Assembly (NCBI GenBank): GCA_018398765.1
Contig: JAHBMJ010000004.1
Location: 1-59,447 of the forward strand
Source of the DNA: Chromera velia
Lineage: Eukaryota
Length of the DNA stretch: 59,447 nt
Direction of reading: 5' to 3'
Shown: one piece after another, positions 49,001 to 59,447 of the stretch
How the letters are laid out: every line of letters starts with the position of its first letter
Numbering within the stretch: position 1 is the first letter of the stretch
The notes under the pieces: model-generated
What the model saw: only the letters and a program-made list of their open reading frames with translations
What the model was told of the DNA's origin: nothing
The model's database searches: none
Made by a program: the position numbers and the translations under genes

Positions 49001-50564
49001 TGTTCAGATACAGCTATCGCGTCGAGTTGACTGTGCATGTGTTTCACGCATGTTTTGTACATGTGTGTGTGCTTTCATGCCGCATGAATGTGTTTCATCG
49101 ATTTTCATGCATGTTATTCGCTTGTTGTGCATGCATATGAGTTTCATGCATGAAAGAAAAACAGTTTTAGGATTCAAAAGTTTTCGCGTCTTTCGAATGC
49201 GGCCAGATTTTTTTTTAATTTTTTTTCTATAATTTTTTTTTTCTATATTTTTTTTTTAATTTTTTTTTCTAGATTTTTATTTTTGTTTTTTTTTTTTAAT
49301 TATATGGCCGGTAAACCGGTAACCTGGCCATTGTTAAAAAATTGGTCTAGCCCGGCCAGGTAACCGGTTACCCGGTAATTAGCCGGCCATCATGCAACTA
49401 GGGGGAACGTACAGGGCTGAGAGATGGGGTAGGGGCAGAGCCACGGCTACCTCCGTTCTCGGTTGCTGGGGGCTGCTCACACGCAGCGTCAGAGGAAGAA
49501 AGTTTAACAGAAGGAAGAGAAGGCATCACCTCGACCTCAACGACGGTGGAAAGAGATTCTGCACCAACTTGGGCAGGAGCTGGAGACTGGAGTCTGTATG
49601 GGGGGGCGGATGTCAAATACAGAGGATTAATGTAGGGGGGAAGGGTAGTCTCGTCTTTATCACCCCCATCTGCATCTGCAGTCTCGCCCTTCACATCCCC
49701 AACTGCTTCTGCAACACAGACGTCTTCAATGGTGGAAGAGGATGGGGCACGGGAACGCCGTTTTCCCCGGTGGGTCTTTTTCGGTTTTGTCTTCATCTCG
49801 ACGCCGGAGTGGGCCACAAAGGAAGTCTTCTGTAAAACGTTTAAAAATTCTTCGGCCGCATGGAGGAGGTCGAAGAACGTCCCCTCACACACGGTCACTG
49901 GAGAGAGCAGGACTAATGCACAGGCCTACTGTAGATTTCCTACAGACGCCAGAACGCGAGGAAGAACGGAAGTCATTTTCTTGAGGGAAATTTCAATTTA
50001 AAGGAGACACGAAAAAGTCAGAGGATCAAATTAAAATGGCCGAGTGCCTAAGAGATAAGAAAAGAGTGCTCGAGAGCAAAGCAATGGAAGATGTACCGAT
50101 AAAAAACAGCGGGCCTTCAGGACGCGGCTCAGCTGCACTGTAAATCGGGCACACAACTCTGACTGCTCAATCAGGTTACCTCCTATAGAGTCCTTCTGTC
50201 ATACCCATATAATCAGGACTGCTACCATGATAAGAACCATGTTGGTGTATGATCGACTAGTGGGCTTAGCGGACAAATTCACGTACGTTGGACTCCATCA
50301 GTCAGGAGGAATATCAGTCCAGTACCAAGCACAATCACCAGACAAAGACAACGATCACATTCTTTAGGTGTGAGGATACACATCAATCGATCAGTCGCTG
50401 CATGCCAATGAATGCGATAGGCCCGCACGCATGCCATCTGGGGCCGACTGACAGGCACTGCAGGGGCGGCGCACTGGTTGCACCATAAGGTACGAGGCTG
50501 ACCCGCGACGCACACAAGCATACACAAGCTAGACGTTAGGTATGAATCAGGATGGTTCAGAACA
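46094..50564 (-). mobile_element. Non-autonomous LTR retroelement (no pol domains) with a decayed Pro/Ser/Ala-rich internal ORF
   Basis: Two 337-bp LTRs, 46094-46430 and 50228-50564 (TG...CA; one end mutated to TA); 5-bp TSD atagt at 46089-46093 and 50565-50569; minus-strand PBS tggtagcag at 50219-50227; purine tract on the minus strand at about 46436-46452. Confidence 0.92.
48154..49402 (+). mobile_element. Internally deleted hAT transposon nested in the LTR element
   Basis: TIRs cctaggtgcat / atgcaactagg; 8-bp TSD gggaacgt at 48146-48153 and 49403-49410; subterminal ggtaacc/ggccgg repeats; remnant YEYIYSKRRNRLSQERQNLLVSTFSNLRL (within ORF 48483-48893) matches the hAT C-terminal dimerisation domain. 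Confidence 0.88.
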
Positions 50565-51207
50565 ATAGTGCGGTGGATGATCGAGTTTGTGAGGAGGGCG
50601 GCATTCAGAAGAAGAGTGTTCAAGGAAAGCCTAGGAAGGTATACGCACCTGGAAGCTCGTTAGATAAAACAGTGTTAGCACAGAGAAACGGAGTGATCAC
50701 AAAAAGAAAGTGGGGAAAGGAAAGAAGAAAAGAAGAATACAAGTCTATTAGGGGTTATCGACATTCATTTACAACCGCATGGGTCGCAGACCCCCCCCCC
50801 TCCCCCCTAGCCCAAAGCTAGATGGTCGCAAACTTTTTTGAGGCAGATCGACACGCCAGACAGCAATGAAAAATGAGAGCCACCAAATGCACTATCACAA
50901 ACTAAAAAGAACTAGAATGGTCTAGTCAAGGACATCAGTCTAATTACTTACACGGTTCTTTATACAGGAATAATAATGCAAGATGTTTGTCCGGCTTCTG
51001 CTCTCATCGATCGAGAGTTGTTCCATTGAATCACCCTGAGTATTTTACTAAGCAACTTCACAACATGGATTGACGCATGCATTTTCTCCGTCTCCATAAT
51101 GTCTCAAGCCCCGCCGCAGCAGCATGGGACCGGCCAAGTCAAGCCGACCAATGCACGCCCGCCTCCTCTCTATAAGTGGCTGATTACATGTATTCTTTTT
51201 TTTTTTT

Positions 51208-51567
51208 TTACAGGATAATCGGAGATGGGGTCGACGTGATAGAAGAAGAGGAGCGAGAAGTGAAAAAAGGGAGTAAAACCTTAATGGACATTGGCTTTAT
51301 CAAGGGGTCAGCCACGTTGGAATGGGAAAGGACGAACGAAAGGCAGATAGAAGCTTCATCCAGCGTATTACGGAGGGAAAGGGTGTGCAAGACGAGTGTA
51401 CAGGGCGATTTTTCGATGATGCAGAGCTGAAGTGACTTTATGACGGATTGGAGGGCACGCTCGGTTGGACGGGGCATCTCATTAGAAACCAGCTTCAGTA
51501 AGTCATTGGAGTTTACCCCCACTTTAGCCGTGACTCCCGCTTTCCAGACGTACCTCAAGACAGGCAA
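51208..51567 (-). pseudogene. Copia-type RNase H C-terminal remnant
   Basis: LSFVLSHSNVADPLIKPM matches the copia N.AD.LTK motif; lies just before the 3' LTR. Confidence 0.8.
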
Positions 51568-51905
51568 GAGGCACCCTAAGAAATCAACAGGTCATGAGCA
51601 GCGTAGAGTTCAGCTCGGGTAGAAGACCGGGCGACTCACTTTTGGGAAAATGCCCACCAGTGCAGGATGGCAGACTTCAAAGTGAAGAGTCACCCAGACT
51701 GTGGATGCACATTTCCGGCAGACCCCAATGTGGCATCGCTCCATGACTTAGTGGAGAGGGGAGATGATGTGGAAGGGACATCAGAGCGAGAGATACGGAG
51801 GATGCGGGAGGTGGCGGTGCGTTGGGCATAACGGAGAAGGGAAAGGAGATAATCAGCATCGGCGTGAGTGGGAGCGGAAGAATAACGGCTTAGTTGATTA
51901 CACCC

Positions 51906-53003
51906 TTATGACAAGTCGGGGCGAGTGTCTCGTGCAACCCACGAAAGACACCCCAACCTTTCACGAAAGGCTTTTCCTTCCTGGGCTGTCAAGAGACGGG
52001 GCGGTTCAGAGGGAAGCTCGCGAGACGATAGGGGGAGGGGGAACAAATCAGGAGGGGGAGTGGGGACTGAAGAGGGAACAGAAGCAGAAAAATTTGCAGA
52101 ATCCCCCATACCCTCAGGGAGGGGGAGAGACAGGAGGTACTCGGTTTGGTGGATGTGCACGGAGTCCCGTGACACATTGAAATCCACCCCTGCCGAGCGG
52201 AGGGTTCCGTTTTTGGGTTTGGTGATCTTCATCTGGTAACCTCCTTTAGCTACAATCTCACGTGCTAACTGAATTGCAGACCGACCAATGGGTAGGATGG
52301 CAAAGTCGTCAACAAATGTGGGAAGGATACTAAGGAGGCGGGAAGTGGGGGCCTCAGGCTTATCCGTCCATTTCCACCACATACCTCGAACAGAGGAAGG
52401 CACCCACCCTGCTGCTGTGAGCGTCTTGTTGCGAGAGCGGTTCCACAAATTTCCAGAATCACGGAGCCCGTAAAGCGCGCGGTTGAGGAGCCACAGGAAC
52501 TTCCCATGGTCTGGGTGATCTTTGGGGGGATACACATAAAGGGAATCGGAACGGAGAGCCGTGAGGTACGCTGTTTTCATATCGGCCACAACTATTTCAC
52601 GGGGGTCAAAGTTGGAGTGAGCAAAGGCCATGGCAAGGGCAATGTGCATGGCAGACTGGGAAGCGGTAGCGCAGGACATTGTGACTCTTTCACGGCGGTC
52701 GAAGAAAGGAGTGCCATCAGCAACGATTCGAGACTTGTACGTCCAAGAACCTTCCTCAACGCGCTTCTCGGTATTAACAAAATGGGTGGGCACAGCAGAG
52801 CGGCGGTGCTCGGCGTCTATTTCTGCGATCGGGACTCGCTTGTATGCATCATTGTTGGCGAGTGACTGCAACTCTGCGGCATGGGACTTGGCTCGCCCGT
52901 CGAGCTGTTCTACTATGAGCCCCCAGCGTGGGAGAGGAATGTGAGTTGTGGCAGCTTGGAATGCACTGGGCCCCACCTCAGTGTCCTCGTTCCACAAATA
53001 CAT
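51906..53003 (-). pseudogene. Copia-type reverse transcriptase (RVT_2-like), ending in a premature stop
   Basis: YKSRIVADG, ADMKTAYL, LNRALYGLRDSG, TFVDDF and RDTRPDLS motifs. Confidence 0.93.
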
Positions 53004-53741
53004 AACAGACGCACCTACAACTCAAGTCGGGTGGGGGGGAGGAGGGAAGATGGCAGCCGCGGCTGCTGAGGAGGCAAGGGAATCGAAAGACAACCGATCG
53101 GTGGGGAACACTGTTTCTGAGCTGGTAAGGAGAACACTTTGGTAAGTGTCACAGAGGTGGGAGGAGAGAGTCCCCTCGGCAGAGAGGACAATGTTTCGCT
53201 CAACAACCTCTTTTGGGACCAGAAAGCAAAGCTCGGGCCCACACCCAGAAGGTTTTTGCACACCATACAAAAGTTTGGGGCAGCTCCTGAGAGGGCACCA
53301 TGCAGGCTGCATGCGTCGGCTTGCAAGAGGCTGCTTGCCGTTTGATCCCCATGCTTGAACCTCAACCCGTCCCTCACCTTCAGGGTCGACAGCACGGACG
53401 CTACCAAGGAAACAGCGGCCTGTGTTGTCATCCCGCCAAAGAATGAGCTCATCTTTGCCAAAATCAGTGATGTCAAACTTGGGAGAGGGCGGCTAGTCAG
53501 ACAGACACTGTATGTCTGAAGACTGCTACGGTTGCTGCTGCTGTGCCTGCTGAGGAGACCCAACGGATATGTCTGGGCGCTCAGAAGGGGAGTCCGACGG
53601 CAACGGAACGACATAGACAGGGTCTAGGTGGGGGCTGTCATTAGGATGGATGCATCTGCGATATGACAGGATGGGTTATCCAGAAGGAAGACACAATCGG
53701 AATACATGCTTACTTATTCGTTGCAGAACAGTCGCAGAAGT

Positions 53742-54565
53742 TTAGAGGGGTGCAAGTTTGGCGCGGGGATGGTCAGAGTGATAGTAGAGGATGGACAAGC
53801 CAATGGGGAATGGGGACGTCTCGGCAGAGGAGCGATAGGAGGTCTGAAGGAAATCACGCAGGGCGTCGATGGGAGGACTGGGTGGCTGGGCACCCCAGCA
53901 TCGCTCGAATGGGCTCTTGTGAGTGGACGCTCGAGGCTGACGATTGTATTTGGCTGTGGCAAGGGAAGCAAACTCCTTCCAATGTGAATTGTCAAGACCT
54001 CGATCTTTGAGAATGCCCCACAAAATCATGAGCCACTCACGATGGGAATGCTCTGTTTTGCCAAGAAAGTGGTGGCTACCTACAGGGGTCAAAGGGTTTG
54101 TGGCTTCCCGCTCAGCTAACCACTCACACCAATCACCTTGAAATTCGGGCCCGTGATCGGTCATCACCTCAGGGGTGAGGTCACCTTCTAGACTGCGGGA
54201 CCAACAATCATAGACACGGATTGTGGCAGATTCTCTGAATCTTTTATTTCGACTACCTTTTGAGCGAGCCAGTCATCATGCTAGTCTTGGATGTGCAATG
54301 AATACCCCCCTTTCAACCCCATTATAAGGTCACAACATACTCGCTGCCCGGGGTGATCGACCTTCAAAGACCCCCGGGTGTTGTCTCCCCCATGCCCTGG
54401 CTTCACATGCGCACACGTACCCCCTCAAATACATGGGAGTATGGCGCGTTGAACGGCACGGTGGGAAATGCTGCTGCGACCGGGAAGAAGGTCAAAAAGG
54501 GACGCACGGAGGGAACGCCAAGTGGCCTCGATGCCTGCGTGTCCTAACCATTCGTGATGTGCGCG
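53742..54565 (-). pseudogene. Integrase remnant (HHCC region plus DDE core)
   Basis: HHEWLGHAG near 54535-54561; MTDHGPEFQG...GKTEHSHRE...KYNRQPRASTHKSPFE in ORF 53742-54167. Confidence 0.85.
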
Positions 54566-55075
54566 GATGAGTTTATCAACAGTGGCTTTGATGGAGATGG
54601 GGGGGGGGTTCTGTGAGAAAGAAGATTTTGGCTGCTAAGAAGGAGGCTGATCGGAGGCTGGAGAACTGTCACAAGATGATGAAACGGGGGGAGAGACAGC
54701 AGATTCTCCCGAATAGGTTTTCACAACATGAGACTGGGTACGATTTCCTCGGTGCTGCTTCTTCTGTTTGGCTGCCTTCAAACGAGCGGGGAGGTGCCCA
54801 TTTGCGAGGACAACCGGAGAAAGAGACAACGGAGGGGACACAGGCGATGCAGCGTCCACCGCAACGGCCGCTGGAGATACAGAAGGGGAATTCAAAGCGG
54901 GTAGGAACTCGGGCGGGGAAGTCCCGTCTATCTCCAGAGGCAGAAAAAATAGATCATTTGCTGCACGGAGAAAATTGATAACGGTGGAGGGGAGTTCCAA
55001 GGATCCAGTTCGATAGTCAAATCGCGCGCCCAGTTTAATGAGACGCTGATTGCCAATGAGTGGGAGGGTGATTGC

Positions 55076-55300
55076 TTATGTTTCTATGATGGATGGTTTC
55101 AACACAGCAGGCTGTCCATTTAGTTTGCAAGGAATGGTGGCACGGCACCGCATCCTCACTTTCGTTCGACAAGCAGTAACAACGGAAACAGGCGTCGGCA
55201 AATCAGTCTCAGTCCATTGCAACCCTGACTCTTCAGTATGCTTATTCAGCCAGCCATGAGTGCACGTAGTACCACTTGCACCCAGATCAAGCAAACACGC
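55076..55300 (-). pseudogene. Retropepsin-like aspartic protease remnant
   Basis: CLLDLGASGTT (degenerate D-S/T-G) located between gag and integrase. Confidence 0.7.
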
Positions 55301-55444
55301 AAAACCGTCAAAAGAGAAACCAGAAGAGACAGGAAGAGAAAAAGCTGACTGTGATAAATGCCCTACAGCAGTAGTTGCAGGGGAGGCCTCCGAATCTGTA
55401 TCTGATGCCTCTGACTCATTCGTCTCACCAGTTAGGGCCTCTCC

Positions 55445-56626
55445 CTACTGATGAGCACGCCCCTTCCCTGATCCTGTAAACTGTCTCCCCCTCTTTCCCT
55501 GCCCGCCCCCATTCCCGCCGGACCTACCCCCGCCTCCGCTGTAGCCGTAGGCCCTCAAGAGGGCAAAGTGGTCACAGGCGAGGTCATAGTCACCAGTCTT
55601 GTGTCCCCAGTGATCACAATCGCTACAGTAGTGCTGTTTCAGGCACTCTTCGGGACGGTGGGTCTTCTGTTCACAGTGAGGGCGCTTTCGAGACGGTCCA
55701 CTCACACGGGGCCGAGGGTGGCCAGTGGAAGAGTGACCTGTTAGCTGCACGCCGTGCATTTATGCAGGAACGGACGGATTGGCAGAGAGACGGGAAAAAC
55801 AAGAGGGCTGGGCAAAGTGGCGGAATTTAGCTACCGCACCATCATCTCTGTCGAAAGGCATATGGGAGGCGATGCTGTTCTTGACATTCGCACGCACGGT
55901 ACTGTCGGAAATGCCGTTGATGAGGACCAGGGAAGCGAGCTGCCCCTGACGGCGGATGAGGGGGTCAAGGAGGGGAACGTTGAGCTTCTTCTCCACCCTC
56001 CAAGTGCTGAGATCGGTTTTGTCCCCCGCTCCGGACCACACAGGGACAATCTCTTCCTGCAACGAGAGTCGGGAAATTTTTTGGCAGGCTGCCTTCACCG
56101 TCTCCATATACTTTTCAACGTTGGGGGAGTCGGAAGTGGACAGAGTAAAAAGGGAGCGAAAGTTTGTAAACATCCGCTTATGTTCAGTTTCCCCCGACAA
56201 CTGCAAGATGATATTCTTGTAGTGTTCGACATCATCAGACTCAAGGGGGGAAAGATCTGAGACAAGATCGTAGAGCTCAGGGTATTTTTGCAAACCCTGG
56301 CTGAATGCTGCTGCACGGATGTCTGACGGCGCACTCGCAAGCTGCAATTTGCAGTAGTCTTCAAACGCCTTGACAATCGTGACTCTACCTCCATGAGTGT
56401 TCTTGAAGGGGAGGCTCAGTTCACACTTCCATGGGGCGAATTTCCCCATATCAGTGGTAGGGGTAGGAGTCGGAGACGGAACAGAAGTGGACTGAGAAAG
56501 AAAACACTGCACCAATTTGTTGACATTGGCGGTCAACAAGTCCAAGTCAGAGGGGCTGGGGCTTTGACCAGAAGGGCCTTTGGAGATAAAACGGCCATCG
56601 GCCCCTCGAGGTTGGTTTCCGTCCAT
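55445..56626 (-). pseudogene. Copia gag with zinc knuckles, interrupted by an in-frame stop at 55760
   Basis: ORF 55760-56701 (likely start MDGNQP at 56626) is followed in the same frame by HCEQKTHRPEEC and CSDCDHWGHKTGDYDLAC. Confidence 0.8.
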
Positions 56627-59199
56627 CAGAGAGGGAAAGCTACACTCTGATACAGACCAACAGACCCTGAGGAGAAAGAGGAAAGAACCAACTGCTACCA
56701 TGAAGAGAACTAGAATGGTCCAGTTAAGGACATCAGTCTAGTCACTTACACAGTTCTCTATACAGGAATAATAATGCAAGATGTTTGTCCGGCTTCTGCT
56801 CTCATCGATCAAGAGTTGTTCCATCGAATCACCCTAAGTATTTCACTAAGCAACTTCACAACATAGATTGACGCATGTATTTTCTCCGTCTCTGTAATGT
56901 CTCAAGCCCCGCCGTACTGATAGGCAACACAGCAGTACGGGACCAGCCAAGTCGGGCCGATCAATGCACGCCCGCCTCCTCTCTATAAGTGGCTGATTAG
57001 TAATTACAAAACAGCACCTCCCAAAAATATTTTTTTTTTTAGATTTTTGACCTCCAAAACCTATACGATTTTTTTGGATTTCTCAAAAAAATAATTAGAT
57101 ATAATTGGAGGTCCCCAATCTCCAACAACATTTTGATGACCCAACTATAAAGTTTTAAATTGATTATATAAGTACTATACAACTATGTTCTCCATCATTT
57201 TCTATGTTAGAAGTGCCAACTAGGGCCTTCCCAGGACTTTTAGCTTTTTCATATCAATGTACCTCCAAAAAAATTTTTTTGGAGCTCCAAATTACTTTTT
57301 GGAGAATCTAAAACATCAAAACACCTCCAATTGTATAGGGTATGAAAAAAAATGATGCGAATATATATAAGATAGTTTGCATCTGTATTTATGAAACAGG
57401 AGAAGACTATTGAGAAGAATGTATCGAAATATGAAAACTCGAGACTGATAAATGAACCACAAGAAAGAGCTCTATAGTCTAGGAGCTCGTCCATATACTA
57501 GCCAATCCATCTATAGGAGCTCATGCAAGAGAGTCCGAGAGACGCACTCTCAGTATCTCTGCGGTGGACCCCATGCAACAAATCGCGTCGCATCGGTGCA
57601 TGCAAGCGGCGCTCTCAGCCAGCTAATGTGACGTCCCTGACACTGCAGACGTGTACCTGTACAATGCCGACTATAGCAGCGTTTGTAGCCAGCTATGCCA
57701 GCTGGCTGTCACACGCTCTTCACGACACAAAATGAAGGCATGCAAGCAAGCGCATGAACGCATGAAGGGAAAAGGGGGTAAACGGGCATTGTAGTGAGTG
57801 AGCAAGGGAAGAATGGAATCGCGGTGGATGATCGCATCCTGATTAAAGAGGGGCCCGGTGGTGAAACAGAGCTAGGGCATGGACGTAAAAACGCTGGATA
57901 CATGCAAACTTTAATTACACGGGAACGGGGGGAAGGAACAAAAAAAGTGGAGGGCTTCTTAGCAGTGGACGTTGTTTTCGTGTTCTCGCTCAGATCAAAG
58001 AAAGGAGAATGAAGACATGCAGGTCGAGTTAAGTACAGCGAGAGAGGAGGGAGACGAGAAGGTAGCAGCACTTCATTCGTTCACTCTTTCTATCATAAAG
58101 GCCTGCAAGCGAGCAGGGAGATACGCAGGTCCACTCCGACCGGCACGCCCCCTGTCTCTGCACAAAGCGGCTAGCTCCTTCTGGCCCCCTCAGGCTCTCG
58201 TTCTACCACAATGTCCGTCTCCTTAACTTCTTTCCATCGCTTGTTCGCTTTTCTCTTCGGGGAAAGAGGGGGGAGAGAGACGTGGGAGGCCTACAAAGAA
58301 TCGCGCAAGAAAGCGAAAGAAAAATGAAGACCCTTCTTCTCGATCTCTCTCCCTCTCCACATCCCAGTGAAAGCGCCCTCTCTTCACTGTTCCTTTCCTC
58401 CTTTCCCTCCGTTCCTTCACTCATTCGATCGCTTTCCTCGGTCCTCTTGCACAGGAACGGGTGGATGTGTGGATGGATAGATGGATGGCTTGATGGATGT
58501 GTGGATGGATGGATGAGCGGATGGATGCTTTTGCTCGTTGTCTACAGGGGGGGGTCATTCATTCATTCATTTAGTTAGTTGGTTCTTGGGTCTAAGGGTT
58601 TGGTCCTTTGTCATTTCTCCGCTTTCCTCCTCTAGATTGCCCTTCACTCTCATTCCTTCACTCGCTCCCCCGCTCGAGCACTCACTGAGAGAGCCGTCCT
58701 TTTCCTCCCCCTCCTCCAGTCTTCTCTTCTCTTTTCTTCTCTTTTAATTCCCTCCCGCATGCATAAAGAAGAACCCAATGCATGCAGAAAGCAGAGCACA
58801 CGAAGGAAGAAAGAAAGAAAAGAAAACAGCACGAATAGGAAGGAAGGAAGGAATGAAAGAGAAGAGAGGGTCCCTCCACCCAAACGCCGGGATAGAATAC
58901 AAACACACAAACAGATGAAGTAGCAAACGAAGAAGAGGAAGAAGCAAGGACACGAAAAGGCATCCAGTGGATGAAGAGAGAGAAGTAACGCAAGAGTGCA
59001 CAGAGATGGAAGCAAGACAAAGACCGAGACGGAAGGAAGGAGGGCGGTGGCAAGACTGCTTTTTCTGTTCTTATGCAGTTTCACTTCTCGCCTCCACCTG
59101 ATCCATCCATCCAGCCATTTTGTGGATCATCATGCGAGATCTTTGCTCTTTCCCTTTCCTCCCTGTCTGGTCTCGTGTCGCCTCGTAGGCTCGTCTTGC

Positions 59200-59408
59200 T
59201 TACTTCTTCCCCTTCTTGATGACCTTCTTGGGGCTGGCCTTCTTCTTGGCGGCGGGCTTCTTCTTGGGAGACGCCTTCTTTTTGGCGGCGGGCGCCTTCT
59301 TGGGAGCTGCTGCCTTCTTGGGCTTGGGGGCGGCCTTCTTCTTTGAGACGCTGGTCTTCTTCTTCGGGGACGCCTTGGCCTTCGGCTTGGGGGCCTCGGG
59401 CTTCGGTG
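59200..59408 (-). CDS. Terminal exon of a histone H1-like Lys/Ala/Pro-rich protein; gene starts beyond the window
   Basis: Pyrimidine tract and acceptor tgtcag, then APKPEAPKPKAKASPKKK...ASPKKKPAAKKKASPKKVIKKGKK*; three SPKK motifs; strongly GC3-biased codons (AAG, GCC). Confidence 0.8.
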
Positions 59409-59447
59409 CTGACACACAGAGAGGAGGGGGGGGGGGGGGGACAAGAG

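Larger units (their letters stand above)
50903..57008 (-). mobile_element. Full-length but decayed Ty1/copia LTR retrotransposon
   Basis: LTRs 50903-51188 and 56701-~57008; PBS tggtagcag at 56692-56700, complementary to the initiator tRNA-Met 3' end; domain order gag-PR-INT-RT-RNaseH. The TSD is only a 4-bp candidate (aaac), so the right end is uncertain. Confidence 0.93.

Noticed and set aside
50745..57340. DNA transposon surrounding the copia element (flanks 50745-50900 and 57010-57340)
   Set aside because: The flanks look like TE termini with partial inverted motifs, but I found no matching TIR pair or TSD.

Overview
Eukaryotic nuclear DNA with microsatellite-filled spliceosomal introns; the style suggests a chromerid-type alveolate such as Chromera (inference only, not verified). 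Most of the ORF track is noise from simple repeats. Genes assembled by hand from splice signals: (1) an intron-rich minus-strand hypothetical membrane protein running off the left edge; (2) a CHCHD2/Mix17-like mitochondrial protein that lacks the CHCH domain (9905-13147); (3) a large secreted, His-rich, Cys-containing, probably GPI-anchored surface protein (19025-28559); (4) an intronless glutathione S-transferase; (5) an intronless orphan ORF resembling LINE ORF1; (6) a probably plastid-targeted TrmA/RlmD-family m5U methyltransferase homologue whose catalytic Cys is replaced (34358-44986); (7) the last exon of a histone H1-like protein at the right edge. Intergenic DNA holds several DNA-transposon derivatives and a nested cluster: a pol-less LTR element interrupted by a hAT derivative, an empty-site paralogue next to it, and a decayed Ty1/copia element. 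The most striking signal is that both LTR pairs differ only by transitions (about 47 of 47 substitutions by manual count), many in non-CpG contexts, which suggests RIP-like or methylation-driven mutation of repeats.
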